Shown: piece after piece, positions 1 through 8,790 of the stretch | Position numbering within the stretch: the first letter of the stretch is position 1 | Layout: each line of letters begins with the position of its first letter | From: an uncultured Eubacteriales bacterium | GTDB lineage: Bacteria; Bacillota; Clostridia; Christensenellales; CAG-917 | Assembly (NCBI GenBank): GCA_900548005.1 | Contig: URIZ01000001.1 | Coordinates: forward strand, 93,756-157,755 | Direction of reading: 5' to 3' | DNA length: 64,000 nt | Program-made: the position numbers and the translations under genes | The notes under the pieces: generated by a model | Told to the model about the DNA's origin: nothing | Databases searched by the model: none | The model's input: only the letters and a program-made list of their open reading frames with translations

Positions 1-1
1 T

Positions 2-1321
2 ATAAAAGCGTGGTGGGACGAGAACGGAGAACGCATCAAAGCGGCAGTCGTGCAAGCCTTGAAGATGGTTTGGAAATGCGTGAAAGAGGTCTTTTCGAAA
101 GTGCTTGCTATAGCCAAGAAAGTGTGGCCGCTCGTAAAGAAAATCGTACTTGATACAGTCAATGGAATCAAGACGTTTTGGGAAAAATACGGCAAGCAGA
201 TACTCAAAGTCGTCTCGGACGTTTTCACCCGTCTTTGGACGATTATAAAAAGTGCGTTTGACGTTATAAGCAATGCGGTGCTGAAATTCCTAAACTATGT
301 CGAACCGCTATGGGAGAAGATAAAGGCGCTCTTTGCATCGCTTTGGGATACAATAGTTGAACTATATCAACTCCTAAAGCCCGTGTTTGAGTTAATAGGC
401 AAAGTAATCGAAGTGCTGTACGGAGTGGTAGTCGGAGTGGTCAACGGAATCATCGCCGCGCTCGGACCATTTTTGAGCGCTGTCTTGGATGTGGCGAACG
501 CTATCATCGAAGTAATTAAATTCGTGTGTGCGATACTCAAAGGCGATTGGTCGGATGCGTGGACGCATATGCAGAACATTGCTACGAGTATTTGGAGCGC
601 TATTAAGAATATCTTCCTCGGTATTTGGGAGTTTATCAAAGGCTTTGGGCAAGGGTTCGTAGACTTCTTTCAAGGTATCGGTGTGAATGTGCTGGATATC
701 TTCCGCAATATTTGGACGGGTATCAGCGGCTTTTTCACGAATATTTGGAACGGGATCTGCTCGGTATGCGGTTGGATTTGGGATAAGATAACGGGATTGT
801 TTTCAAGTATCGGAGACTACTTTAACAACCTGTTCAAGCAAGCGTTCAACTGGGGTAAAAACCTAATTAATAATATCGGTGACGGCATAAAGAAAGCATG
901 GAGTAAAGTCGTAGATGGAGTAAAATCGGTCGGACAGTCGATAAAAGACTTTCTCGGTTTCGGCTCGCCGACAAAGAAAGGTCCGGGACATACGGCAGAC
1001 GAGTGGATACCGAACCTAATGGATATGATGGCAGACGGAATGTACGACAACACACCGATGTTACAGCAAGCGGCGGCACAGGTCGCGTCTTCACTGAACA
1101 TCACCGCATCGGCAAATCGCGCGGTAGTCGGTAGCGGAAGCAGTCCCTATGGAGATATGGTCAATGGAATGCTCCAAGGGATAGCGGCAATCGGCAATAA
1201 CGGTGGAGAAGAGCAAAAAGACATCGTTTTGGAGATTGACGGACAGCAGTTTGCAAGGCTTATTATGCCGAGACTGAACAAGGAATACAAGCGAAACGGT
1301 ATTGCTTTAAGGGAGGTGTAA
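2..1321 (+). CDS. Phage tail tape measure protein, C-terminal part (5' end outside the window)
   Basis: The frame is open from nt 2, with no stop upstream of the track's Met at 50. The sequence is repetitive and rich in Ala/Gly/Ile/Trp, with recurring I-W-x-x-I/F motifs typical of tape measure proteins. Tail-tip genes follow directly. Confidence 0.75.
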   Translation: MKAWWDENGERIKAAVVQALKMVWKCVKEVFSKVLAIAKKVWPLVKKIVLDTVNGIKTFWEKYGKQILKVVSDVFTRLWTIIKSAFDVISNAVLKFLNYVEPLWEKIKALFASLWDTIVELYQLLKPVFELIGKVIEVLYGVVVGVVNGIIAALGPFLSAVLDVANAIIEVIKFVCAILKGDWSDAWTHMQNIATSIWSAIKNIFLGIWEFIKGFGQGFVDFFQGIGVNVLDIFRNIWTGISGFFTNIWNGICSVCGWIWDKITGLFSSIGDYFNNLFKQAFNWGKNLINNIGDGIKKAWSKVVDGVKSVGQSIKDFLGFGSPTKKGPGHTADEWIPNLMDMMADGMYDNTPMLQQAAAQVASSLNITASANRAVVGSGSSPYGDMVNGMLQGIAAIGNNGGEEQKDIVLEIDGQQFARLIMPRLNKEYKRNGIALREV

Positions 1322-1322
1322 A

Positions 1323-1682
1323 GTGGCGGTTTTCTTTAAAATAAACAGTAAGACGATAAAAGCGCCGACCGAACTCACTTGCTCGACCGAAGTGTTGGAT
1401 AAGACGGAAAGGACAATGGACGGCACAATGGTCGTGGACGTTATAGGGCGAAAGAGAAAGGTCGAGGTCGCGTGGAAATATCTCTCGAAAGAAGATATGG
1501 GACTTTTGACTGCCGAAACGAAAAGCGGCTCGTTCGTAACGATTGACTACAACGATCCCGAAACGGGGAAGTTGACGTCTATGAACGCTCGCCCGCAGGA
1601 CTTATATTGTCAGCCACGATACGATTGGGTAAAAGGCAAGATAATGTGGGCAAGCGTTAGCGTTGCTTTTGTGGAGAGATAA
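1323..1682 (+). CDS. Small phage tail protein (in the distal-tail position, 119 aa)
   Basis: GTG start a few nt after GGGAGG, abutting the tape measure stop. The call rests on position only; no motif was recognised. Confidence 0.5.
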   Translation: MAVFFKINSKTIKAPTELTCSTEVLDKTERTMDGTMVVDVIGRKRKVEVAWKYLSKEDMGLLTAETKSGSFVTIDYNDPETGKLTSMNARPQDLYCQPRYDWVKGKIMWASVSVAFVER

Positions 1683-1685
1683 CCT

Positions 1686-3461
1686 ATGGAATATACGGAT
1701 AATCCACGAAAAATACTCGGCAGAGTAGACGTTATCTACTCGGATACAGAAATCAGTAAAGACATTCAAACAACGGAAAGCGGTAATTCGGCTATCAGCC
1801 ACCCGGACGAAGTGTTCGGCGCGCACCTTGTGCCGACAGTCAAAGGCTGTACGATGGACGGCAATGCGACAATGGACGGCTCCTTTCAGATGATGGACGA
1901 TTCGGTCGTTCTCGGTTGGTGGAGCGGTTCGTTGTCGGGTAGTGACGGTGTGTTTGCAAACGCGCCGTGGATCGAGATATCGTTTGTCAAGCGTCCGATA
2001 ATATCTTGGGTGGTATTGGGCGATGAAAAGCGGAATGAATACCCGGTCGACTTCATTTTGCAGTACAAACGAGACGGGAAGATTGTTCACTCGGATAGTG
2101 TGACCGTCAATAATCAGATACAGGTTCGATTGACTCCGCAGCTTGAAGACATTACATCCATCAGGCTGACGATAACAAAGTGGAGCAAGCCGAATGCCTG
2201 TGCGAAAATATTGAAGTTCTACGACCGAATGATGGAGCGGTACGAGGGCGATGCCATTGAAATGTTCGAAGTGTCCGAAGAGATGGGTGCGGCGGACGGA
2301 AACTACAACATAGTATCCGACACGATGACAGTAAACATCTTTAATAAGGGCAGAAAGTTCGATAAAGGCTATCTCCGTTCGCTCATGATACTCGACCGCA
2401 AACTGTTACCGAGCATAGGCATAGAAACGGACGGAGAAGTAAAATACCAACCGCTCGGCACATTCTATTCGGATGAATGGCAGATAAACCAAGACTCACA
2501 ATGGGTAAAGTGCAGTGCGGTGGACAGGCTGATGCGACTGCAGAAAAAGACCTATGTCGGTTTTCCGCTGACAGAGAATGCGTCGCTATACGATATAGCT
2601 GCCGACATTCTTTTAAATATCGGCGAAACGGCAGATACTTTCGTTATTTCAAACGACTTAAAGTCTGTAATCGTGCCGATGGCATTTCTGCCGAAAGGCA
2701 CGGCTTGGGACGCATTGCAGGAAATCGCCAATGCGGGACTATGCAAAGTGTTTGTAGACCGAGAAGATAAAATCAATGTTCGCTCGGAGAAAGAGCCGAA
2801 GACAACAACGGCGATAAGGATAGATAAAAGCAATATGTTTTCGTACTCATCGAGTGTTTCTCTGACCGAGTTTGCGAACCGTATTTCTGTGGAATACTGT
2901 GATGTATCCTTGTCGAACGATACGGTCGAAGCAGTATCGGTCGAACTCAATATAGAGCCGAACGCATCGCTTGAATTGACGCTCGATTATAATACCGAAG
3001 TTGCGTACCCTGCAATGGAAACGGATAACTTAAACGTGCTATTGACCGACTTCCAAGGTGGTGTCAACGCTTGCTCGGTCGTGGCAAAGAATAAAACGGC
3101 ACAAAAGCAAAAGGCGGTGCTGACGGTTACGGGCAAGGCAATCGAGATAACGACCAAGTCTTTGACGATGCAAGACGATGACAGTGTTAGAAACAACGGA
3201 GTGACCGAGTATTCGCACCCGTCAAGCGATCTTGTACAAAGCCATGCACAGGCGGAGTATATCGCAAGAATTTTGCTTGAAAAGATGCACGCAGGAGAAG
3301 GTGTCATAACTACGACTTGGCGAGGAAACCCGAAACTCAATCTCGGTGAAAAGTACGAGTCGGCAGATAGGTTCGGAGACAGTCAAGAACTCGTGTGCGA
3401 GTATAACAAGTTTACGTTTGACGGCGGATTGAAACAAGAGACGCGCGGAAGAACGATATAA
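1686..3461 (+). CDS. Phage tail-tip/baseplate protein (591 aa), possibly with a galactose-binding-like domain
   Basis: GGAGAG ribosome-binding site. It occupies the position after the tape measure and small tail protein. The segment ISWVVLGDEKRNEYPVDFILQYKRDGKIV...IRLTITKWSKP looks like a discoidin/F5-8 type C beta-sandwich, judged by eye only. Confidence 0.6.
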   Translation: MEYTDNPRKILGRVDVIYSDTEISKDIQTTESGNSAISHPDEVFGAHLVPTVKGCTMDGNATMDGSFQMMDDSVVLGWWSGSLSGSDGVFANAPWIEISFVKRPIISWVVLGDEKRNEYPVDFILQYKRDGKIVHSDSVTVNNQIQVRLTPQLEDITSIRLTITKWSKPNACAKILKFYDRMMERYEGDAIEMFEVSEEMGAADGNYNIVSDTMTVNIFNKGRKFDKGYLRSLMILDRKLLPSIGIETDGEVKYQPLGTFYSDEWQINQDSQWVKCSAVDRLMRLQKKTYVGFPLTENASLYDIAADILLNIGETADTFVISNDLKSVIVPMAFLPKGTAWDALQEIANAGLCKVFVDREDKINVRSEKEPKTTTAIRIDKSNMFSYSSSVSLTEFANRISVEYCDVSLSNDTVEAVSVELNIEPNASLELTLDYNTEVAYPAMETDNLNVLLTDFQGGVNACSVVAKNKTAQKQKAVLTVTGKAIEITTKSLTMQDDDSVRNNGVTEYSHPSSDLVQSHAQAEYIARILLEKMHAGEGVITTTWRGNPKLNLGEKYESADRFGDSQELVCEYNKFTFDGGLKQETRGRTI

Positions 3462-3472
3462 GGAGGGTATGA

Positions 3473-3652
3473 ATGGCAAATTGGAAAGAGCCAAAGAGCG
3501 ATTACAAAGCGGAAGACCAAGTAACGCCGGATATCTTCAATACACTTGCGGAAAACGAAAAACACTTGAAAGAGATTTCTTGCAAGGTAGAAAAGAAAAC
3601 AAAAAGCGGAACTACGACAACGATCTCCTCTATCGTTTTCGTAGAGCAATAG
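3473..3652 (+). CDS. Small phage tail-fibre-associated protein (59 aa), missing from the ORF track
   Basis: ATG at 3473 lies 6 nt after AAGGAGG. It translates to MANWKEPKSDYKAEDQVTPDIFNTLAENEKHLKEI..., a W-x-x-P / D-Y / N-x-L-x-x-N-x-x-x-L pattern common at phage fibre N-termini. The TAG stop at 3650-3652 abuts the next ATG at 3654. At 59 aa it falls below the track's apparent 60-aa cutoff. Confidence 0.6.
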   Translation: MANWKEPKSDYKAEDQVTPDIFNTLAENEKHLKEISCKVEKKTKSGTTTTISSIVFVEQ

Positions 3653-3653
3653 G

Positions 3654-3944
3654 ATGCTGAAAGTAGTCAAAGGCGATGTCTTTGAGTTCGGGTTATCGTT
3701 TGAGAACGTTGCTACGGAACTCATAGAAAAGGTGGTGTTCGCATGCAAAGAACTTGGAATCGAAGAAGAGGCGGATAGAGAAGAGGATGAATTCCGCATT
3801 CGAATACCGGGTGAAGTGACAAAGGACTTCAAAACAGGTTTTTTGAAATACGACATCATCGCCACCTTAATAGACGAGCAAGAGGTAACGCTCGTGCATC
3901 GTCAAAAATTAGAAGTTTTGGAGAGGGTGGGAAATGGCGGATAA
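3654..3944 (+). CDS. Hypothetical phage protein (96 aa)
   Basis: Tightly packed within the tail module and overlaps the next ORF by 11 nt. Acidic; no motif recognised. Confidence 0.5.
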   Translation: MLKVVKGDVFEFGLSFENVATELIEKVVFACKELGIEEEADREEDEFRIRIPGEVTKDFKTGFLKYDIIATLIDEQEVTLVHRQKLEVLERVGNGG

Positions 3945-4287
3945 AAACTACTACGGTAATCAGGAACATATAAAAGTTACGCCCGGTATTACCGTAACCT
4001 ACAACTACAACCGTCTAAAGAACAAACCGTCCATCAACGGGAAACCGCTTGACGGAAAAATGACGGCGAGTGACTTAAACCTATTGTCAAACAACGTAAC
4101 GGAATATGAAGAAATTAAGCTGGGAGTCGATAAACGCGACTCCTTTATTCTTGTCGTGGGAGAAAACGGCGAGACGAATAAAATAAAACTTGGCGAACTC
4201 GTCAAAGGGAAACTGCAGGCGGTTGACAAGATAACCGAAGATATCCCGGACGGCGATTTTGTATTCAAGAAAATGGAGGATAAATAA
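3934..4287 (+). CDS. Phage tail-fibre/baseplate-associated protein (117 aa)
   Basis: GGGTGGG ribosome-binding site. The motif YNRLKNKPSINGKPLDGKMTASDLNL matches the N-K-P-x-I-N-G-x-x-L-x-G repeat seen in Firmicute phage fibre proteins. Confidence 0.55.
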   Translation: MADKNYYGNQEHIKVTPGITVTYNYNRLKNKPSINGKPLDGKMTASDLNLLSNNVTEYEEIKLGVDKRDSFILVVGENGETNKIKLGELVKGKLQAVDKITEDIPDGDFVFKKMEDK

Positions 4288-4288
4288 C

Positions 4289-5398
4289 ATGGCTCAAACT
4301 ACAAACAAGTTCCAGATTATTCAAAAGGTCAGCGCAGAAGATACCGTACTTATCCATCCCGAAACGGAAGCGGAAGTAGTTAAGTATAAAGGTACAACGT
4401 CGGGTATTGCGGCGGAGAACGTACAAGGTGCAATCGATAAGGTCTACGAGCAAGTCAAAAACATTGAGAGTGGCGGTATCGTAACCGGGTTAAAGGGCGA
4501 TAAGGAAACAACTTACAGAAAAGGCGATGTCAACCTTACTCCAGCCAACATCGGCGCTGAACCGAGCGGAGCGGTGAACGCTCACAATACGTCCGGAACG
4601 GCGCACTCGGATATTCGTACCGCCGTAACTAATGCGCAGAACAAAGCAAACAGTGCGTATTCGCTTGCGGAAGGTAGAGCAAAAGCGGTTTCGTTCGATA
4701 CCATGGCTGCGATGACAACCGCATTGAAAGCGGCTACTAAAACCGACTACAAAGTGGGCGATAACATCTTTATCAAGGCTTTGGAGACGCCCGACTACTG
4801 GGTAAGCAAGGTTCTCGATAACAACACGGGTACTTACGGGTACTTTGAAATCAGCGCACTCGAAACACAAAAAGTTGACCTTGCCGCCTATCAGACGAAG
4901 ACGGACAACACGCTTGCAACCACGGCAAAGACAGTAGTCGGTGCTATTGGCGAAGTAAAAACGACTGCGGATGCGGCGAAGAGTCAGGCAAATACCAATG
5001 TCACAGAGATTGCTAACATCAAGAACGGAGCAACCAAAGTTGGCTCAGCGACGAAAGCGGATAATGCAACCAAGGCAGATACGGCAACAAGTGCGACTTC
5101 GGCAGGTAAGTGGACTACGGAGAGAACACTCGGTGTAAGCGTCAATTCGGGTGTCAAGAAAGACGGCTCGACTGCTATCAACGGATCGGGAAGTCAGAGC
5201 GTGGACGGCTCTGCCGATAAGACGATAGCAGTCACTTTGGGTGATAGCGGTGTAGCCGCAGGCACTTATTCTGCCGTTCAGGTCAATGCCAAAGGCATTG
5301 CTGTCGCAGGTGGACAGATGATTGAAATCGGAACGAGCGGTCAGACCACTCCGAGTGCGTCTCTTGCAACGGGCGGACTTTTCTTTAAGGTAGTATAA
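4289..5398 (+). CDS. Phage tail fibre protein
   Basis: ATG at 4289 follows GGAGGA; the track's earlier Met at 4259 lacks a ribosome-binding site. It contains an ATKADNATKADTATSATSA repeat. The C-terminal motif LGDSGVAAGTYSAVQVNAKGIAVAGG matches the widespread fibre repeat S-G-V-x-A-G-T-Y-x-x-V-x-V-x-x-K-G. Confidence 0.8.
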   Translation: MAQTTNKFQIIQKVSAEDTVLIHPETEAEVVKYKGTTSGIAAENVQGAIDKVYEQVKNIESGGIVTGLKGDKETTYRKGDVNLTPANIGAEPSGAVNAHNTSGTAHSDIRTAVTNAQNKANSAYSLAEGRAKAVSFDTMAAMTTALKAATKTDYKVGDNIFIKALETPDYWVSKVLDNNTGTYGYFEISALETQKVDLAAYQTKTDNTLATTAKTVVGAIGEVKTTADAAKSQANTNVTEIANIKNGATKVGSATKADNATKADTATSATSAGKWTTERTLGVSVNSGVKKDGSTAINGSGSQSVDGSADKTIAVTLGDSGVAAGTYSAVQVNAKGIAVAGGQMIEIGTSGQTTPSASLATGGLFFKVV

Positions 5399-5411
5399 GG
5401 GGGTATCGTGA

Positions 5412-5999
5412 ATGGCTTACAGACCGAAAATTAAGAATGCCAACGGCACTCTTACCGATTTGCCGTTGGAAGCCGAAACGTCGGTAAAACTAAAAACCGC
5501 AAGGACAATCGGTTTGTCGGGAGTTACTGCAACGGCTAAAAGTTTTGACGGGAGCGGAAACGTTACGATTCCTGTCACGGAAGTCCCGGTATCGCTTTTG
5601 ACGGGGTTACTTGAAAAAACATATCCCGTCGGAGCAATTTATATGTCCACGGTATATATCAGCCCAGCGTCAATCTTCGGAGGAACTTGGACAAGACTCT
5701 ACGACAGATTCCTCGTGGGCGGAGGTTCTGACTATTCCATAGGAAGTACAGGCGGCGAAAAAGCACATAAATTAACGACTACGGAAATGCCTGCGCATAC
5801 TCACTTTGCGAATAAATATAAAGACGGAATGAACTACATTGTGCATTACAGTTCTAATGAGACAACAGGCTTTAAAACTTCTGCGGGTAGTGGTGGGCAT
5901 GGTGTGTTGCTTGCTGGACTTGAGAATACGGGTGGTGGTAATGAACACAACAATTTGCCTCCGTATTTAGCAGTGTATATGTGGAAAAGAACGGCTTAA
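5412..5999 (+). CDS. Tail fibre protein with a phage tail-collar domain
   Basis: Contains PVGAIYMS...GGTWTRL...GGEKAHKLTTTEMPAHTH...GGGNEHNNLPPYLAVYMWKRTA, the hallmark of the tail-collar (MdpB-like) domain. GGGGG ribosome-binding site. Confidence 0.8.
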   Translation: MAYRPKIKNANGTLTDLPLEAETSVKLKTARTIGLSGVTATAKSFDGSGNVTIPVTEVPVSLLTGLLEKTYPVGAIYMSTVYISPASIFGGTWTRLYDRFLVGGGSDYSIGSTGGEKAHKLTTTEMPAHTHFANKYKDGMNYIVHYSSNETTGFKTSAGSGGHGVLLAGLENTGGGNEHNNLPPYLAVYMWKRTA

Positions 6000-6009
6000 G
6001 GAGGATAAT

Positions 6010-6468
6010 ATGGAAGTTTATAACAAAGAAAAAACACAAATTATATCGGATTATGACCTTTCAAAAGGACGCCTTGAGCGCGATGAACGTACGATTTATC
6101 ATGAGGAAATAAAGGAAGTGGTGGAACAATTTCATTATGAAGTGGTAAAAGAATACGAAAACGGCGGCAAGGACGTGGAAAAAGTGGTGGACGTCAAAGG
6201 AGTGCCGGGACGCGATGCCTACGAAGAAACGGAGGACATCTATGTTTTCATTCCATATACGGATGAAGAATTAAAGAAAAAAGAAGACGAAATTCTTTAT
6301 TCCGAATTAAGCGCTTGGTTCGATTGGTACGATATACAGGTAAGTCAATATGAAAGATCCAAGAGATTGGAAATAACCTTTGATAGAGACATCGCCACAT
6401 TGGACGCAGAGGCGGTTCAAAAAGCGGAGCAGATGAGAGAAGTTAAGGATAGATTGGGAATAGAGTAA
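6010..6468 (+). CDS. Hypothetical phage protein (152 aa, acidic)
   Basis: AAGGAGG ribosome-binding site. Lies between the fibres and the holin. The motif WFDWYDIQVSQYERSKRL recalls XkdW-like proteins of Firmicute phages; this is from memory and only weakly supported. Confidence 0.5.
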   Translation: MEVYNKEKTQIISDYDLSKGRLERDERTIYHEEIKEVVEQFHYEVVKEYENGGKDVEKVVDVKGVPGRDAYEETEDIYVFIPYTDEELKKKEDEILYSELSAWFDWYDIQVSQYERSKRLEITFDRDIATLDAEAVQKAEQMREVKDRLGIE

Positions 6469-6469
6469 T

Positions 6470-6766
6470 ATGATAGCAATAATTATGAGTATATGTGCGA
6501 GCATCATCAGCGGAATGGTGCTCTTTTTCTTGCAAAGATTTTTCAAGAAAAAGCAAAAGGTAGATGAAGAGCGAGACAGAGCTAAAGCCAAAGAGAACTT
6601 GCTGATACTAAAAAGTATAGATGCGGTCGGGAAATTGACGTATGCGGATGCGGTAGCCATTCGAGACGGGAAAACCAACGGCGAGATGAAAGAGGCGATG
6701 AAAGCCTATGCGGAAGTTAAGGATGAACTCTACGAGTATTTGCTCGAACAAAATTCCAAGAAATAA
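6470..6766 (+). CDS. Single-pass membrane protein, putative lysis accessory
   Basis: N-terminal TM helix (IAIIMSICASIISGMVLFFL) followed by a charged coiled segment. It starts 1 nt after the previous stop and lies immediately upstream of the holin. Confidence 0.5.
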   Translation: MIAIIMSICASIISGMVLFFLQRFFKKKQKVDEERDRAKAKENLLILKSIDAVGKLTYADAVAIRDGKTNGEMKEAMKAYAEVKDELYEYLLEQNSKK

Positions 6767-6780
6767 GGAGGGGAAGATAA

Positions 6781-7092
6781 ATGGAACAATACTTGAATTT
6801 AATCAGCGTCCCGGCGATTGCTGCGGTCGTGTACTGGACAATCAACGTCATTAAACATGCAGTCGGAGAGAACGAAAAGTTCAAGCGGTGTATTCCGCTT
6901 ATTGCAACGGCACTCGGAATCGTGTGTGGCATTATTTGTTTTTACGCTTTGCCGAGTATCATCCCCGCACCGAATATCGTGGTGGCAATCGTCATCGGCG
7001 GTGCGAGCGGACTGACGGCTACGGGAACGAACCAAATCATCAAGCAACTTGGCAAAAAGGACGATAAAGACGATGGAAAAACTAATAATTGA
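6781..7092 (+). CDS. Phage holin (resembles the A118/Hol118 type)
   Basis: AAGGAGGGG ribosome-binding site. Three hydrophobic segments, then GGASGLTATGTNQIIKQLGKKDDKDDGK, which resembles the Hol118 C-terminus ([23 protein letters not shown]) as I recall it. Confidence 0.75.
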   Translation: MEQYLNLISVPAIAAVVYWTINVIKHAVGENEKFKRCIPLIATALGIVCGIICFYALPSIIPAPNIVVAIVIGGASGLTATGTNQIIKQLGKKDDKDDGKTNN

Positions 7093-7174
7093 AAGCGTAT
7101 TAAAAAGCCTTTTGAAAAGGGGACTAATCACTTCGGCAGAGAAGGAAAGAATTATCAAAAAAGTTTCAGAATAA
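7073..7174 (+). CDS. Possible 33-aa SHOCT-like peptide
   Basis: Translates to MEKLIIESVLKSLLKRGLITSAEKERIIKKVSE, which fits the SHOCT pattern L-x-x-L-l-x-x-G-x-I-T-x-x-E. It overlaps the holin 3' end and has a weak ribosome-binding site. Confidence 0.3.
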   Translation: MEKLIIESVLKSLLKRGLITSAEKERIIKKVSE

Positions 7175-7216
7175 AGCAGTTTTTGTCTGGACTTTTATAA
7201 GTGAGCACGGTATTGT

Positions 7217-7254
7217 TTGTCCTGCCCGATAAAAAGGGCGGGACAAATTTTTTA
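7217..7254 (+). terminator. Rho-independent terminator ending the phage late/lysis operon
   Basis: TTGTCCTGCCC-GATAAAAA-GGGCGGGACAA (11 bp with one G-U pair), followed by ATTTTTT. Confidence 0.75.
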
Positions 7255-7311
7255 TCGCAGTTCAAGTCCAGTCGGCAGAGCCGAAAAACGAACGAGAAAG
7301 GAGCGTGAGAA

Positions 7312-8790
7312 ATGAATATTCAAGAGATACCTACAACAAGGAAGGAGAAACCACGGGTATGTGCGTATGTTCGTGTCAGCACCGATAGCGAAGCACAAGA
7401 AGATAGTTTCGCGTTCCAGTCCAATTATTGGCAGAAACGATTTGCAAGCGACGAATCCGTAGAGTATGTTGGCTTATTCTCCGATGAGGGCATCGGCGGT
7501 GCGTTTATGAAAAAGCGAGATGGACTTAAAAGGATGTTTCAAAAAGTACGAAATGGCGAAATCGATAGAATATACACGAAGTCGGTTTCGAGATTCGCTC
7601 GGAACAAGGTCGAGTTAATGGAAATAGTTCGAGAGTTCCGAGATATAGGTGTGGAAATCATATTCGAGTCCGAAAACATACACACCCTTGACCCCAAGTG
7701 CGGTTTAATTCTCACGGTTATGGCAAGTCTCGCCGAAGAAGAATTAATATCAATGAGTCAAAACCAAAAGTGGGCGGCACGGAAACGATTCGCAAATGGG
7801 AGTGTGGAACTGGCACGAATACTTGGATATGACATGGTCGATGGAAAGTTAGTGATAAACGAGAAAGAAGCGGTCATAGTGCGAAGAATCTTTGAACTGT
7901 ACCTGCAAGGCAACTCGTTTAGAACTATATGCCATATTCTCGAAAACGAAGGGTACACCCCAATGCATGGGGGACGATGGAGCAAATCGACAATAACGGG
8001 GATGTTACGAAATGAAAAATACTGCGGGGATAGTATTATGCAAAAATCATATAGCGTGATGAAAGTACAAAAATACAACTACGGAGAACTCCCCAAGTAT
8101 TATATCCAAGGCGATCACGAACCGATTGTGTCGCGTGAAGACTACCAAAAAGCACAGGAGATAATGATGGCACGTGGCAATAAATATAGACCAAGGGGGT
8201 CACCTACGGCATTATATCCGCTATCAGGAAAACTGATATGCGGAGAGTGCGGAACGAGTTTCAAAAGAAAAACTTCGGCACACGGAACTCCATATATGTG
8301 TATAAAATGGACATGTCGGAAAAAGGATGTTTATGGGGTAAAGAAATGCGCATCACATGACATCAAAGACGAAGTCGTTACAAGATTGCTGATTGAAGCC
8401 TACAACGAAAGCCTTGACGCGAATAATGATGTGAACGGCATAACGGAGCAAGAAGAGGTCTTGCGAAAACTTATTGCCAACGAGCAAGAACTGCGACAAC
8501 TACGAGCGAAAGGTTATATCTCCGAAAGTAAATGCCGAGAAGAAACCGATAAAATACTTATAAAGATAAAAGAACAAGAAACTCTCATAAAAAATCTACG
8601 AATGAGAGATATGGTAAAAGGGAAATATAAGAAATCGGATGAGCTGACGGAACAAATGGCGGAGTTCCTTGTAAAGGCAACAGTAAAAGACTGGACGATT
8701 ACATTCGAGTTCCAAAATGGATATAAGACAACGAAAGAATATACAAACGGGAGGGCAGGAAATGTCAATGGAAAACTGTGCAAACACTAA
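7312..8790 (+). CDS. Large serine recombinase (492 aa)
   Basis: N-terminal resolvase/invertase catalytic motif VCAYVRVSTDSEAQ and SVSRFARN. Recombinase domain, then a zinc ribbon (GKLICGECGTSFKRK...CIKWTCRKK) and a C-terminal coiled coil. AAAGGAG ribosome-binding site. Confidence 0.9.
   Translation: MNIQEIPTTRKEKPRVCAYVRVSTDSEAQEDSFAFQSNYWQKRFASDESVEYVGLFSDEGIGGAFMKKRDGLKRMFQKVRNGEIDRIYTKSVSRFARNKVELMEIVREFRDIGVEIIFESENIHTLDPKCGLILTVMASLAEEELISMSQNQKWAARKRFANGSVELARILGYDMVDGKLVINEKEAVIVRRIFELYLQGNSFRTICHILENEGYTPMHGGRWSKSTITGMLRNEKYCGDSIMQKSYSVMKVQKYNYGELPKYYIQGDHEPIVSREDYQKAQEIMMARGNKYRPRGSPTALYPLSGKLICGECGTSFKRKTSAHGTPYMCIKWTCRKKDVYGVKKCASHDIKDEVVTRLLIEAYNESLDANNDVNGITEQEEVLRKLIANEQELRQLRAKGYISESKCREETDKILIKIKEQETLIKNLRMRDMVKGKYKKSDELTEQMAEFLVKATVKDWTITFEFQNGYKTTKEYTNGRAGNVNGKLCKH

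Noticed and set aside
4289-5999. A diversity-generating retroelement or invertible shufflon acting on the tail-fibre genes.
   Set aside because: There is no reverse transcriptase gene and no template/variable repeat pair with adenine-specific differences. No inverted repeats bracket the fibre 3' ends. The serine recombinases are of the large integrase type, not small invertases.
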